DNA of 64,000 bases from Gammaproteobacteria bacterium (GCA_963662545.2 CAXXLL010000002.1:1472001-1536000), one strand, 5' to 3'. Positions 18,812 through 30,211 are shown, counted from the first letter of the stretch. Translations and numbers: made by a program. Notes: generated by a model not told the origin, from the sequence alone.

Positions 18812-20038
18812 TTATCGCTTACGATAAGCGTGCGGATGCCCGCCGGCAACGGCGTCGCTGCGTGTCGAGGCGTCCGCGATGTAGGTGACGGCGCGCGTCA
18901 CGGGCTGGCTGTAGATGCAGACTTCCTCCATCCCTTGTTCGGCGCAGGCGGATTGAATGCAGAGCGCAACCTGGGTCAGAAGGTGTTCGGGCAGGATGAC
19001 GCGCACGATGCCGCGTTCACGATTGAAGCGAATCCCGCGCGCAGTTTCCCTGCTTTCCGCTTCGATGAGCCTGGCGAAACTGATATTCATGCCCGGCGCC
19101 CCACCCTCGAGCGCTGCGTCCACGATAGCGTCGATGTGTTTGCGCCCGACGATACAGGTCAGGCTCGCCTGATCAGTAAGATAGGTGCGTTCCTTGATCT
19201 TGGCGAACAGGTTGAGACCGGCGCTCTTCCCGGTGCCGACGAGTTCGGTAATGCGCTGGTCGCGCCATGAACTGCCGCCCTTGAGTTCGTCAATGGCCGC
19301 GATGATCTGTTGTATGTTGGCCGTGTATTTACGGGCGCCAAAGGTGCTACCCACGTTGATCACGCCCTTTTGGACGGGCATACGGTAGAGGAATCCGCGG
19401 CCCGGCAAGTCGATATCGCCGGCGTCGACCATGGCCTCCGTCACGGCGACGGCGTCGGCGTTGTCGACGATCAAGACCAGTACCTCCATGTCGTTTTTCT
19501 TGGTGATGCGCAGCCAACCGAGGCGATCGCGCAGGCCACGCCCTTCGCAATAGAAAACGACCGGGCCGTGCGCGCCGGCGGACATGGCGGCGCGGGAAAT
19601 CTGGTCGGTCCGATCCTTTTGCACGATGCAGAAGATGGCGGTCAGGTTCTCCTTTAAATTGTGCGATGCGTCGAAGCCGTCGTTTTCCCAGGTGGATGTC
19701 GACCACACTGGAAAATCTTCCGTACAGCGCAATTCGTCGCACGGTACGGCAAACACGGCGCCGGAGCCCGGGAGGTGGAGTTCGCCGGCCGCCACCAGGC
19801 ATTCCATCATGGCGTCAACCTCGGTATCGGGAACCAGAAACTGTAGGAATTCCTTCTCGGGGCTCATCATCGGCAGCAGGGCCTGGTACCAGCGATCGCG
19901 CATGAGCGTGCCGCGCGCATTGATCAACAAGGCGTTGCGCTCACCGAAGCTGAAGACTTCCTCGATGGCAGATTTGGCGATGTACTGCGGCAGGATTGCA
20001 GTGACGACCGAGACGTTGTTGTAGGTGACGAAGTTCAC
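18812..20038 (-). CDS. PII-like (GlnB-fold) protein with three tandem domains
   Basis: GTG start after GGGGAGG; domains with ARGT..EKEFLQFLV..PGSGAVFAVP, EGRG..EVLVLIV..PGRGFLYRMPV, and a third LTCIVGR..AALEGGAPG..IYSQPV. Confidence 0.8.
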   Translation of the reverse strand: MNFVTYNNVSVVTAILPQYIAKSAIEEVFSFGERNALLINARGTLMRDRWYQALLPMMSPEKEFLQFLVPDTEVDAMMECLVAAGELHLPGSGAVFAVPCDELRCTEDFPVWSTSTWENDGFDASHNLKENLTAIFCIVQKDRTDQISRAAMSAGAHGPVVFYCEGRGLRDRLGWLRITKKNDMEVLVLIVDNADAVAVTEAMVDAGDIDLPGRGFLYRMPVQKGVINVGSTFGARKYTANIQQIIAAIDELKGGSSWRDQRITELVGTGKSAGLNLFAKIKERTYLTDQASLTCIVGRKHIDAIVDAALEGGAPGMNISFARLIEAESRETARGIRFNRERGIVRVILPEHLLTQVALCIQSACAEQGMEEVCIYSQPVTRAVTYIADASTRSDAVAGGHPHAYRKR

Positions 20039-20043
20039 CAACG

Positions 20044-21930
20044 CTAGCCTCCCCGTTCGATGTGCTGTGGGGTAGCCTGACTGGTACGCGAAACGATGAA
20101 GCCCACGCTCAACACGGTGATGATCGGGCCGACCGAGGCGAGCGCGAGGATACCGAAACCATCGGTCACGCCGGGTACGTTGGCGCCGATCCCGAGGCCC
20201 ATTGCCAGCACCAGCGGAACGGTGATCGGGCCCGTGGTGACGCCCGCGCTGTCCCATCCAAAATTGACGAATTCCTCGGACGAGAACCAGGTCAGCACCA
20301 GCAGCAATAAATAGGGCGGCACGAGCAAATAGCTCAGCGGAATGTTATAGGCGATCTTGAGAACGCCCGTCGCAATGCCGGCGCCGACTCCAATCGCGAC
20401 CGCTTGCATCAGCAGGCCTTTTCGAAACGCGCCGACAGTGATCTTCTCGACGGTGTTGCCGAGCGCGTTCAAGGCCGGCTCCGCGAGCGTCGCACCGTAG
20501 CCGAGGAAGAAACCGAAAGAGATGGCGACCAGTTTTCCGTAGAAAGCCGACGCGAACAGCGGACCCTCGAAGCCCGACATGCCCCATGGCGTCAGGCTCG
20601 CGAAGGTCGCGGGTACGTTACTGCCGAGCTGAGTGGCGAGTGGGCTCAGTCCCAAAGTGATGCCGAGCACGAACAGCGTCATGCCAAGCACGGCAAATCC
20701 GACCCCGATGAAAAGCTCGCCGCGATTCCGTAAAGGTTCTTTCAAGACGAGCTTCAAGGTGATGAACAGGAACAGGCACAGCGGGATGATCGCCTTCCCT
20801 GCGGTCGCCAGCGATTCCAGAAACCCGCGCGAAGCGTCCTGCTTCGGATCCCAGGTTACCGAGCTGACCAAGGTCGGGCGCTCTTTCGGCTTCTTCTCGA
20901 GAATGATATCGGTATCGCGCAGGACGATGCGTCCGTCATCAAGTAAACGGCGGCCGCCCTCGTAACGGATGCGGTAATCCTTTTCGATCAATCCGGTGAC
21001 GAGGAACTGCTCGAATTCGTCCTGCGAAAACCGGGGTGCCTCGCCGCTGGTGTCCTCGATGTCCGCCGGTCCGGGATCCGCCGGCCGTACATCAGCGCTT
21101 TCTTGGACATAGGCCGGGCGTCCAAAGTAATCATCGGCCTGGTAGTGGTACAGAGCGAGCAGCATGACTCCGACGATCGGGGCGAGGGAGGCAAGCGTTA
21201 CGATGCCAAAGCCGGCGTGGCTGGTTTCCCCGTCGCCGACGATGCGGCACACGCCGATCCCAAGTGCCAGTACCAGGGGTACCGTGACCGGCCCTGTCGT
21301 GACCGCCCCGCAGTCCCAGGCAAGTCCGAGAATCGGCTGCAGCACGGGATCGCTGTGCGCGAAGATCGTGAGCGCGAGGAGGATGCAGACGGTCGGAATG
21401 ATCAGGATCTTCAACGACCAACCGTAGAAGAACCGGAGGATCCCGAGCAGTACCGCAATACCGACGCCAATACCAACGGCGCCGACGAGTTGCCCCGAAA
21501 AATCGTTGAGCAGACTATAGAGCAGGGGCGCGTCGACGGGGCGGACGCCGCCGCCGGCCTGTTTTAGAATCGCGATTGCGGGCTCCGCGAAAGTGGCGCC
21601 GACGCCGAGCAGAAACGCAAAACCCAGGATGACGGGAAGCGGAGAATTGCGCGGCAATACCGCGCCGATCGTCTCGCCTAGCGGCATCAAACCGAGCCGC
21701 AGGCCCTCCATGAAAAACATCAGCCCGACGGCGACGACCACGATGCCAACGCCGATCATCGCGGCGTAGACGATCGGCAGACCGAGCACGAAGATCTGGA
21801 AAAACGCGAGATAAACCACGATGAACCAGATGGTCTTGAACTGATCGACGAGATTGTCGCGGAAATAAGGCCACAGGATCGCGAGTGTATTCCCGATCCC
21901 GAGTCGCACGGTGTGCTGTTGCTGGTTCAC
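20044..21930 (-). CDS. DUF1538 membrane protein, two fused domains
   Basis: Repeated motifs ATFAEPA / ATLAEPA and WDCGAVTTGPVTVP / WDSAGVTTGPITVP, GFGI..LAS..PI. Confidence 0.92.
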   Translation of the reverse strand: MNQQQHTVRLGIGNTLAILWPYFRDNLVDQFKTIWFIVVYLAFFQIFVLGLPIVYAAMIGVGIVVVAVGLMFFMEGLRLGLMPLGETIGAVLPRNSPLPVILGFAFLLGVGATFAEPAIAILKQAGGGVRPVDAPLLYSLLNDFSGQLVGAVGIGVGIAVLLGILRFFYGWSLKILIIPTVCILLALTIFAHSDPVLQPILGLAWDCGAVTTGPVTVPLVLALGIGVCRIVGDGETSHAGFGIVTLASLAPIVGVMLLALYHYQADDYFGRPAYVQESADVRPADPGPADIEDTSGEAPRFSQDEFEQFLVTGLIEKDYRIRYEGGRRLLDDGRIVLRDTDIILEKKPKERPTLVSSVTWDPKQDASRGFLESLATAGKAIIPLCLFLFITLKLVLKEPLRNRGELFIGVGFAVLGMTLFVLGITLGLSPLATQLGSNVPATFASLTPWGMSGFEGPLFASAFYGKLVAISFGFFLGYGATLAEPALNALGNTVEKITVGAFRKGLLMQAVAIGVGAGIATGVLKIAYNIPLSYLLVPPYLLLLVLTWFSSEEFVNFGWDSAGVTTGPITVPLVLAMGLGIGANVPGVTDGFGILALASVGPIITVLSVGFIVSRTSQATPQHIERGG

Positions 21931-22127
21931 CTGTAATCAGTTTCGGTAGGGTGATGAGATACACATATGCCATAGCGGCTCATCGGCCGCAATGGTCGGG
22001 CGCATCATCTTTTCACTGCGCCGGACGGTCATTTGCCGTGGCCAGAACCGGAAACGTGCCCTCGATGTATGATAATCGGTGTGGAAGGCAGTTCGGCAAT
22101 TCGGTATCAATGATAGAGGGCAAACGT

Positions 22128-22601
22128 ATGTTCTCCATTCGACTGGCGCGGCGGGCGGAAGCACGTGCCATTGCCATCATGAGCCGAGATTTAATCGAGA
22201 CGGGCCTCGGCTGGAGCTGGACACCGCCGAGGGTTCTGCGCAACATCCGCGATCGTAACACCAATGTCATCGTTGCCGTCGCCGGCGGTCGCATCGTCGG
22301 CTTTGCGGTAATGCGTTACCTCGAACAAGAAGCCCATTTGTTGCTGTTTGCGGTTTCGCCCCAGCGCCGACGGTCCGGTGTCGGTACTGCACTCATCGAA
22401 TGGCTGGAAAAAACGGCGCTGATCGCAGGCATCGAAACGATCCATCTCGAAGTGCGAGCCCGCAATAACGGTGCAAGGCGTTTTTACCGGCGCCTGGGAT
22501 ATGAAGAGGGTGATACGCTCCGCGGTTATTACCGCGGCGTCGAAGCGGCGGTGCGGATACGTCGCCGCCTTTGGCCAGCACTCAACACGAACGCGTCATG
22601 A
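22128..22601 (+). CDS. GNAT acetyltransferase (RimI-like)
   Basis: AVSPQRRRSGVG, LEVRARNNGARRFYRRLGY, GYY. Confidence 0.9.
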   Translation: MFSIRLARRAEARAIAIMSRDLIETGLGWSWTPPRVLRNIRDRNTNVIVAVAGGRIVGFAVMRYLEQEAHLLLFAVSPQRRRSGVGTALIEWLEKTALIAGIETIHLEVRARNNGARRFYRRLGYEEGDTLRGYYRGVEAAVRIRRRLWPALNTNAS

Positions 22602-22815
22602 TTCGAGCTCTTCGTATCTCTTTGAGGATTCGGCTTACCATTACACTACCTGGCGGCGGATCCGAAATCACAATATTTATTCATTGATACGACCGTATTT
22701 CCCGCCGCGCCGGACAATACCGGTACAATAGTCCGAGCATCTGGGCAACTGTATTCACGCTTGATCATGATTCGAACACCCCATAAGCCGGGCCACCACA
22801 CCCAAAAATCCTTAC

Positions 22816-23436
22816 GTGTCTAGTGTCATCGTAATCGGGATCGAAGCTGCCGCGTGGGGCGGGCGGCACTTGCTCCGCAGGGCGGTGCTCTATTTCGCAT
22901 TTGCGCTGTTCGTGCTCGACGCCTTCGTGATGGGACAGGGCCTAGTGGCGGCTGTCATCCTGCTCTGCGTGGGCGCGTGGCTACTGCCCAAGGCCTATTT
23001 GTTTTCCCTCGCCGGACGCAACAGCCGACCGATCCTGCGGTTCGCGGGCGCGCTTGCGATCGCCGCCGTCGCCATTATGTCGACGATCAACTTCAACAAC
23101 CGCGTGGCGCAGGATCGTGCCGAAGGCCTGGTCGCGGCCATCGAATCATACCGCTCGGTCAATGGCAGCTACCCTGCTGATCTCGACCAACTGGTGCCGG
23201 GCTACGTCGAGGACGTACCAATAGTCAAATACACGATGAGCTTCAATCGTTTCATCTATCTGAACCGTGGTGATCGCGCCTTCCTGGGGTACGTAGACAT
23301 TCCTCCGTTTGGCCGCCCGTATTATGATTTCCTCGCAAAGCGCTGGCGTTACCTCGAGGTTTCCCGTTGGCCGGCCGACTTCGCCGCAGCCGCGATGTTT
23401 TCCCCCACGAGATCCGCCTCCACGCCCGCACGATAG
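22816..23436 (+). CDS. Hypothetical membrane protein
   Basis: Three TM segments, then AIESYR..NGSYPADLDQLVPGY (pseudopilin-like motif). Confidence 0.7.
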   Translation: MSSVIVIGIEAAAWGGRHLLRRAVLYFAFALFVLDAFVMGQGLVAAVILLCVGAWLLPKAYLFSLAGRNSRPILRFAGALAIAAVAIMSTINFNNRVAQDRAEGLVAAIESYRSVNGSYPADLDQLVPGYVEDVPIVKYTMSFNRFIYLNRGDRAFLGYVDIPPFGRPYYDFLAKRWRYLEVSRWPADFAAAAMFSPTRSASTPAR

Positions 23437-23532
23437 ATGCCGATCGCCGTTCGCGTGACCGGCATTGAATGTTCTACCGCGTCCGTTTGCGGGCGCGCCG
23501 CAGTGCCGTCTTCGGGATCCAGGAATTCAATC

Positions 23533-24438
23533 ATGAAAGTGGTATTCGTGATCTGGTCGTTCATGCTGGCCGTCACCGTTGCCCAGCCGCTGCAGGCGGA
23601 TTCCCGCTCTTGGACATTTAGTGAGAACAATAACCGCATAATCGAAGCACAGCGCGGCAGCGGTAATAGTCGCAAGGCGGGTACGATCAAGCTCACGTAT
23701 TACGGCCACATGGCGTTCAAAATTACCTCACCTGAGGGTCTCGAAATATTGATCGATCCCTGGCGTAACGATCCCTCCGGCGTCTGGGGCCTCTGGTTTC
23801 CGCAACCGTTCCCGGAGATCAGCGTCGATGCCGTCCTGTCCACCCACGCGCATTTCGATCACGACGCCGTGTACAGGCCGCACTCGGTGATGGTGTTGGA
23901 GCGGCTCGCCGGTGAATTCAGCCTCGGTGACGTCAAGCTTATTGGGCTAGCCGACAAACATGTCTGTACGGCTCCGGGCTGGTATGAATGGCACCTGTCC
24001 GCGCGAGAGTTCGAACAGGATTTTTGCCCGCCCCGGAATCACCTGCACATGGACAATTTCGTTCAGGTGATCGAAACGGGCGGCCTTTCGATCGCGCATT
24101 GGGGAGACAATCGGCCGCGTCCGGCGCGGTTTGTCGACGGGGCATTGAAAGGCATCGACGTGCTGATACTGCCCGTCGACGATTCCTTACATCTGTTGAG
24201 TGAAGCGGATATTGAAGCGGCGATTCAACGCTATCGGCCCAAGATTGTCATTCCGGCGCATTACCGCATGAAGATCGTCAGCAGTGTGTTGACTACTCTC
24301 GGTACCGCCGAACAGTGGGTTGAGAAACAGAAGGACGTCGTGCGGATGACAGAGCCGTTTCTCTTTCTCAATCCAGAGGAAATAGCATCATTCGATCGAA
24401 GGGTTATCTATTTTGGCGACGTCTTCGCGCGCGAATGA
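23533..24438 (+). CDS. Secreted MBL-fold metallo-hydrolase
   Basis: Signal peptide; YYGHMAF, LIDPW, STHAHFDH, HWGD, IPAHY. Confidence 0.9.
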   Translation: MKVVFVIWSFMLAVTVAQPLQADSRSWTFSENNNRIIEAQRGSGNSRKAGTIKLTYYGHMAFKITSPEGLEILIDPWRNDPSGVWGLWFPQPFPEISVDAVLSTHAHFDHDAVYRPHSVMVLERLAGEFSLGDVKLIGLADKHVCTAPGWYEWHLSAREFEQDFCPPRNHLHMDNFVQVIETGGLSIAHWGDNRPRPARFVDGALKGIDVLILPVDDSLHLLSEADIEAAIQRYRPKIVIPAHYRMKIVSSVLTTLGTAEQWVEKQKDVVRMTEPFLFLNPEEIASFDRRVIYFGDVFARE

Positions 24439-24626
24439 AGCGCGGGATATTTCATTCGCTGTAGCGCGACAGCCGCATGGCTAGGATCCCGCCCGTCCTT
24501 TGACAAAACCGCCTGCGCAATCGGATATCATGGACGATCGGTTAATAGGCTGTTGAACGCTGGAGTTCAGGACCGCTCGATACCGGCCGGGCAGCCAGAA
24601 GCAAACAAGGCACCAGGAGAATTATC

Positions 24627-25124
24627 ATGGCATCAGTTCCAGTTCCCGTAACACTCGGAGGTATCCCGGAGGCGATGCATCGCGGCCCCGAAGACTTGCC
24701 ATTCGTCCCTTTTACCGACGGCGTGGTATTTCAGTTATTGCAGGTCGACGTGGAATTCGGTCTGTGGGTCGTGCGTACGCATTTTGAACCCGGTGTTACG
24801 ATTCAACGCCACCGGCATACCGGTGAGGTTTATGCGGTTACGTTTTCCGGGGCCTGGAAGTACCTGGAATACCCTGGAACCGTCAACCGCGCGTTCTCGT
24901 ATTTGTTCGAACCGGCCGGCTCGACTCACACGTTGACGACCGACGTCACGGGGGTCGATGAAATTACCGACATCTGGTTTGCTATTCGGGGCGCCAATCT
25001 GAACCTCGACGAGGATGGCAACGTAGAGAGCGTACTGGATGCCGGGTGCATCCTGGAACTCTATGAGGACGAGTGCGCGAAAGCGGGTCACGCCAAACCA
25101 AATGTGATTCAGGCGCACGCCTGA
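24627..25124 (+). CDS. 2,4'-dihydroxyacetophenone dioxygenase family cupin
   Basis: DLPFV, HRHTGEV, GAWKYLEY, YLFEPAGSTHTL. Confidence 0.88.
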   Translation: MASVPVPVTLGGIPEAMHRGPEDLPFVPFTDGVVFQLLQVDVEFGLWVVRTHFEPGVTIQRHRHTGEVYAVTFSGAWKYLEYPGTVNRAFSYLFEPAGSTHTLTTDVTGVDEITDIWFAIRGANLNLDEDGNVESVLDAGCILELYEDECAKAGHAKPNVIQAHA

Positions 25125-25193
25125 AATCCGGCCAGGGCAGACGCTAAGAAGGCTCCGGGTGGACTGTCGTTCGATAGGCCGATCGCCCGGCGC

Positions 25194-25844
25194 TTAATAC
25201 AGTTCGTTCTTGTAGTTGTCTTCGACGAATTCGTCTGCCGCCCTGATCGCTTCTTCAGCGGGTGGGTCGTTAGGTGGCGCTATCTGCTCCAGTACCATCC
25301 TGGCAAGAGACGGCATTTCCTTGCGGTCCCGTTTGCTGGCTTCATCCCAGAGCTTGGAACGTTTAATGGCTTTCGCGCAGTGCAGGTAAGCCTCGTCGAC
25401 CGCGACGCGGATGCCGATTTTAGGCGTTTTGCCCTTGACCCTGGCCTCGTCGAGTAGTGCCTCGTCATGGATGATCGTCGCCTGCCCGTTTACGCGTAGC
25501 GTGACTTCGAATCCGGGTACCAGAAAGAAAATGCCGACGTTCGGGTTCTCAATAATATTGGTCATCGTGTCCAGACGGTTGTTGCCGGGGCGATCTGGAA
25601 TGAACAGCGTATGCTCGTCGAGCACCTGAACGAATCCCGGGCTGTCCCCGCGCGGTGAGACATCGGCCCGTCCATCGGCAGAGGCGGTCCCGATACAAAT
25701 GAACGGGGAGCGTTCGATGTAGGCTTTGCAGTGCTTGTCGAGATGGTCGATCGCTTTGGCTACGGCGAGGTCCATCGGCTTGCCGATGAATTCGCGCAGT
25801 TCGTTTTCACTCGAAAACATATGTTGCGCTGGATTCGCTGCCAC
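25194..25844 (-). CDS. Pyridoxamine 5'-phosphate oxidase family FMN-binding protein
   Basis: DVSPRGD, PDRPGNNRLD, HCAKAIKRSKLW. Confidence 0.9.
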   Translation of the reverse strand: MAANPAQHMFSSENELREFIGKPMDLAVAKAIDHLDKHCKAYIERSPFICIGTASADGRADVSPRGDSPGFVQVLDEHTLFIPDRPGNNRLDTMTNIIENPNVGIFFLVPGFEVTLRVNGQATIIHDEALLDEARVKGKTPKIGIRVAVDEAYLHCAKAIKRSKLWDEASKRDRKEMPSLARMVLEQIAPPNDPPAEEAIRAADEFVEDNYKNELY

Positions 25845-26027
25845 CTTGCCCTACCTCCGTTGAACCGTAATCGGTGAGAATATAGCAAATATCTTTTCAG
25901 GTTTAGGAACCGAACGCGCGCGGCGCCCGCTCAGGGCATCGGTCGTTGTTCGATGCTGCACTGCAATATATAATCGCAAGGTGATACGGGAACATTGGGA
26001 TCCCTCATCGGGATGGGGAGAAACACG

Positions 26028-27584
26028 ATGAAAATCGCCGTGCCGCGAGAGGTACATGCGGGTGAACGGCGCGTCGCAACGACGCCGGAGGTTGTCAAAC
26101 CGCTGATCGATCTTGGTTTCGAGGTGGTCGTCGAAAGCGGTGCGGGGACGGCTGCGAATTTTTCCGACGCGGCCTATGCCCATGCAGGTGCAGCGGTCGA
26201 AACGGATGTGAAAAAACTCTGGGACGAGGCGGATATTATTCTCAAGGTTCGTGCGCCTGAACAGCATCCGGATCTGGACAGTCACGAATCGAAGTTCCTG
26301 CGCAAGGGTCACACGCTCATCGCGTTCATCTGGCCCGGCCAGAATCCCGATCTCATGGAAACACTTGCCGCGACCGGCGCGACCGTGCTCGCGATGGACA
26401 GTGTGCCGCGCATATCACGCGCCCAGCAGATGGACGCATTGAGCTCGATGGCCAATGTCGGGGGCTACCGCGCGATCATCGAGGCCGCCAACCATTTCGG
26501 GCGTTTCTTTACCGGGCAGATCACTGCCGCAGGCAAAATGCCGCCGGCGAAGGTGTTGATCATCGGCGCCGGTGTCGCCGGGCTCTCGGCGGTCGGCACG
26601 GCCAAGAGCATGGGTGCAATCGTACGCGCGTTCGATACGCGCCTCGAAGTCAAGGAACAGGTCGAAAGCATGGATGCCGAGTTTCTCGAGTTGAAGTTCG
26701 CCGAAGAAGGCGTCGGCGAGGGTGGCTATGCCAAAACCATGAGTGCAGAGTTCATCAAGGCCGAAATGGAACTGTTCGCCGAGCAGGCGCGGGAAGTGGA
26801 CATTATCGTCACGACCGCACTGATCCCTGGCAAACCGGCGCCGAGGCTGATCACCGCCGATATGGTCGCATCGATGAAAAGCGGCAGTGTGATCGTCGAC
26901 CTCGCCGCCGAGCAGGGCGGCAATTGTGAATTGACGCGGCCGGGTGAAGTGGTCGAGCGCAATGACGTGACGATCATTGGCTATACGGATCTGCCGAGCC
27001 GACTGGCGACGCAATCGAGCCAGTTGTACGCGACCAACCTGCGCCACTTGTTGACCGAACTGGCGCCTGAAGCAGACGGCACCCTTGTCATCGATATGGA
27101 AGACGAAGTGATCCGGGGCGCCACCGTCATTAAGGACGGCGAGGTCACCTGGCCGCCGCCACCGCCCAAATTGTCTGCCGCGCCCCCGAAGAAGGTCGAA
27201 GCCGAAAAGCCGCCGCCGGGGCCGGCGGGCGAACGCAAGAAAAATACTTGGGGCTCCGCGTTGTTGCTGGTCTTGGGCGCAATCGCGTTATGGGGTCTCG
27301 GCCGCGTGGCGCCGCCCGAATTCATGTCGCATTTTACGGTCTTCGTATTGGCCTGCTTCGTCGGCTACCAGGTTGTCTGGAACGTCACGCCGGCGCTGCA
27401 TACGCCCTTGATGAGCGAGACCAATGCCATCAGCGGCATCATCGTCATCGGCGCCTTGCTGCAGATATCGACCGATTCAGTCTTGATTACCGTGCTGGCG
27501 GCGCTCGCAATCGTGATCGCGACGATCAACGTAGCCGGCGGATTCCTGGTAACCCAGCGCATGTTGCGGATGTTTCGAAAGTAG
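26028..27584 (+). CDS. pntA: NAD(P) transhydrogenase subunit alpha
   Basis: [46 protein letters not shown]. Confidence 0.98.
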   Translation: MKIAVPREVHAGERRVATTPEVVKPLIDLGFEVVVESGAGTAANFSDAAYAHAGAAVETDVKKLWDEADIILKVRAPEQHPDLDSHESKFLRKGHTLIAFIWPGQNPDLMETLAATGATVLAMDSVPRISRAQQMDALSSMANVGGYRAIIEAANHFGRFFTGQITAAGKMPPAKVLIIGAGVAGLSAVGTAKSMGAIVRAFDTRLEVKEQVESMDAEFLELKFAEEGVGEGGYAKTMSAEFIKAEMELFAEQAREVDIIVTTALIPGKPAPRLITADMVASMKSGSVIVDLAAEQGGNCELTRPGEVVERNDVTIIGYTDLPSRLATQSSQLYATNLRHLLTELAPEADGTLVIDMEDEVIRGATVIKDGEVTWPPPPPKLSAAPPKKVEAEKPPPGPAGERKKNTWGSALLLVLGAIALWGLGRVAPPEFMSHFTVFVLACFVGYQVVWNVTPALHTPLMSETNAISGIIVIGALLQISTDSVLITVLAALAIVIATINVAGGFLVTQRMLRMFRK

Positions 27585-27593
27585 GGGCGGGAA

Positions 27594-28982
27594 ATGGCAC
27601 CCGGAATCGTTACTGCAAGCTACATCATCGCCGCCGTTCTGTTCATCCTGAGCCTCGGGGGCTTGAGCCATCCCGAAACGGCAAGGCGCGGAAACGCCTA
27701 CGGCATGGCCGGCATGGTCATCGCCATCACCGCGACCATTCTCGGGAGCCAGGTGACGGACTACGTTGTCCTGATCATGGTGATGTTGATCGGCAGCACC
27801 CTCGGGGTGATAGCCGCGCGGCGCGTGCAGATGACCGAGATGCCCGAATTGGTCGCGATCCTTCACAGCTTCGTCGGCCTGGCTGCCGTATTGATAGGGT
27901 TCGCAACCTACATCGGCGGCGACGATCATTTACAGGGAGCGGAACGCACGCTACACGAGGTCGAGATCTACTTAGGCGTACTCATCGGTGCCGTCACCTT
28001 CACCGGCTCGGTCATCGCCTTCGGTAAGCTGCGCGGCCTGATTGACGGCAAGCCGATGTTGATCCCGGCACGACACTGGATCAACCTCATCCTGGCTGTC
28101 GTCTGCATCTGGCTGGGCACTGAATTCGTCGGCGGCGAATCGATGGGAACGGGCGTCCTGCTCCTGCTCGTCATGACCTTTATCGCTTTCACCTACGGCG
28201 TTCACATGGTGATGGCGATCGGCGGCGCAGATATGCCCGTCGTCGTGTCCATGCTGAACAGTTATTCGGGCTGGGCCGCTGCGGCAACCGGTTTCATGCT
28301 ATCCAACGATCTCTTGATCGTGACGGGTGCGCTGGTCGGGTCGAGCGGTGCAATATTGAGTTACATCATGTGCCGTGCGATGAACCGACATTTTCTGGCG
28401 GTGATTGCTGGTGGTTTCGGTACTTCCGGCGGCGGCTCAGGGGTCATCATCGATGGCGAAGTGGAGTCGGTAATGGCCGAGGGTGCGGCGGAGCTGCTGC
28501 GCGAGGCCAGGCAGGTAGTTATCGTACCGGGCTACGGCATGGCCGTCGCGCACGCACAGAACACGGTGTTTGAAATAACCAAGGTTCTGCGAGACCTAGG
28601 CAAGACGGTCCGGTTCGCGATTCATCCCGTGGCGGGTCGCATGCCCGGCCATATGAATGTCCTCCTCGCCGAAGCGCACGTGCCCTATGACATGGTGTTC
28701 GAAATGGACGAGATCAACGAGGACTTTCCGGAGACGGACGTGGTGCTGGTGATCGGCGCCAATGACATCGTCAATCCCTCGGCGCAGGAGGAGCCGGACA
28801 GCCCGATCGCCGGCATGCCCGTCCTCGAGGTCTGGAAAGCGGGGACCGCCGTGGTGCTCAAACGCAGCATGGCCACCGGTTACGCGGGGGTCGATAACCC
28901 GCTCTTTTTTCGCACGAATACGCGGATGTTGTTCGGCGACGCCAAGCAAAGTCTCGACGCCGTGCTTGCGGTATTGCATTAG
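27594..28982 (+). CDS. pntB: NAD(P) transhydrogenase subunit beta
   Basis: [45 protein letters not shown]. Confidence 0.98.
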   Translation: MAPGIVTASYIIAAVLFILSLGGLSHPETARRGNAYGMAGMVIAITATILGSQVTDYVVLIMVMLIGSTLGVIAARRVQMTEMPELVAILHSFVGLAAVLIGFATYIGGDDHLQGAERTLHEVEIYLGVLIGAVTFTGSVIAFGKLRGLIDGKPMLIPARHWINLILAVVCIWLGTEFVGGESMGTGVLLLLVMTFIAFTYGVHMVMAIGGADMPVVVSMLNSYSGWAAAATGFMLSNDLLIVTGALVGSSGAILSYIMCRAMNRHFLAVIAGGFGTSGGGSGVIIDGEVESVMAEGAAELLREARQVVIVPGYGMAVAHAQNTVFEITKVLRDLGKTVRFAIHPVAGRMPGHMNVLLAEAHVPYDMVFEMDEINEDFPETDVVLVIGANDIVNPSAQEEPDSPIAGMPVLEVWKAGTAVVLKRSMATGYAGVDNPLFFRTNTRMLFGDAKQSLDAVLAVLH

Positions 28983-28986
28983 CACG

Positions 28987-29021
28987 CTGTTAAAAAACGA
29001 TAGGAAATCGTTTTTTAACAG
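28987..29021. terminator. AT-rich 15-bp perfect hairpin after pntB
   Basis: CTGTTAAAAAACGAT-AGGAA-ATCGTTTTTTAACAG; terminator or collapsed IS-end remnant. Confidence 0.55.
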
Positions 29022-29072
29022 GTCTCGAACAACTGAACGGTCTCGGGCCTCAGTAATACCGGAGAGTAAAAC

Positions 29073-30155
29073 ATGATTGAACCGTATAACGCTGTCGGGC
29101 TGATCCCGACGGTCTGGGGCATCTCGAAACGCGCGGACATCATGCGCAACATCGAGCACCAGAAGCACATGGTCAAGGCGGCCTGCTGGCTTGCGGGCCT
29201 GGATCTGCCGGTGCGCTTGATCGCGTTTCCCGAAGGTGCCTTGCAGGCCTTTAACGACGAAGTGCTCGATCTGGATCACGCGACCTTTGCGCGCGAGTGT
29301 GCCATCGACATCCCCGGACCGGAAACCGATGCGCTGGGAGCGATTGCGCGTGAATACGAGGTCTTTATCATGGCGCAGGCCAAAGCGCGACATCCCGAGT
29401 TCGAGGATCGCTTTTTCAATATCGGTTTCATTCTGAATCCCGATGGCGAGGTCATTTTGCAGCACCACAAGGTCGCGCCGCTCTATCCGGTCGAGCACTC
29501 GGTCTGTCCGCACGACGTCTTCGATTGGTGGATCGAGCGTTATGGCCGGACCCTGGACGCGTTCTGGCCGGTGGTGGACACTGAGATCGGGCGCATGGGC
29601 ATCATGATGGCTAACGAAGGCTCTTATCCTGAACACGCCCGTGGCCTGGCCATGAACGGCGCTGAAATCGTCTACCGCGCTTCGATTCCGCACCCCGCCG
29701 CTTCGAACGATTACTTCGAGATCCAAACCCGTGCGCGCGCGCTCGACAACAACATGTACGTCATCGCACCCAATCTGGGGACCTACTACCTGACGGCGGA
29801 TTCCGAGGTGCCCATCGACACTTTCGGCGGCCATTCCTACATCGTCGACTACCGCGGACAGATCGTCGGGCGCCAGGAGTACGGTGGTGTATCGACCAGC
29901 GTCTGCGGCCCGATAAACGTCGAAGCATTGCGCTATCACCGGACACATTCGAAATGGACCAACTGGATAAAGGATCTGCGCACGGAGATGATCCAATTGA
30001 TCTACGAGCAGCCCATTTATCCCAAGAATCTCTATGCCGATAGAGCGCCGATGGACCACGCGGAATACCAGCGTGAGGTGATCGATCGACAGATCAATCT
30101 GATGATAGAGCGGGGTATCTGGAAAGCGCCGTCCGAACCCAAGGGTGGGTCCTAA
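29073..30155 (+). CDS. Nitrilase-superfamily carbon-nitrogen hydrolase homologue
   Basis: AFPEG, FFNIGFI, HHK, GAEIVYR, ARALDN, GGHSYIVDYRG; the nucleophile position lacks Cys. Confidence 0.88.
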   Translation: MIEPYNAVGLIPTVWGISKRADIMRNIEHQKHMVKAACWLAGLDLPVRLIAFPEGALQAFNDEVLDLDHATFARECAIDIPGPETDALGAIAREYEVFIMAQAKARHPEFEDRFFNIGFILNPDGEVILQHHKVAPLYPVEHSVCPHDVFDWWIERYGRTLDAFWPVVDTEIGRMGIMMANEGSYPEHARGLAMNGAEIVYRASIPHPAASNDYFEIQTRARALDNNMYVIAPNLGTYYLTADSEVPIDTFGGHSYIVDYRGQIVGRQEYGGVSTSVCGPINVEALRYHRTHSKWTNWIKDLRTEMIQLIYEQPIYPKNLYADRAPMDHAEYQREVIDRQINLMIERGIWKAPSEPKGGS

Positions 30156-30211
30156 TAGTTAGGATCTTGGGTTGAATTGATAAGTTAACGCGCTACCGAG
30201 CGACAAAATAT

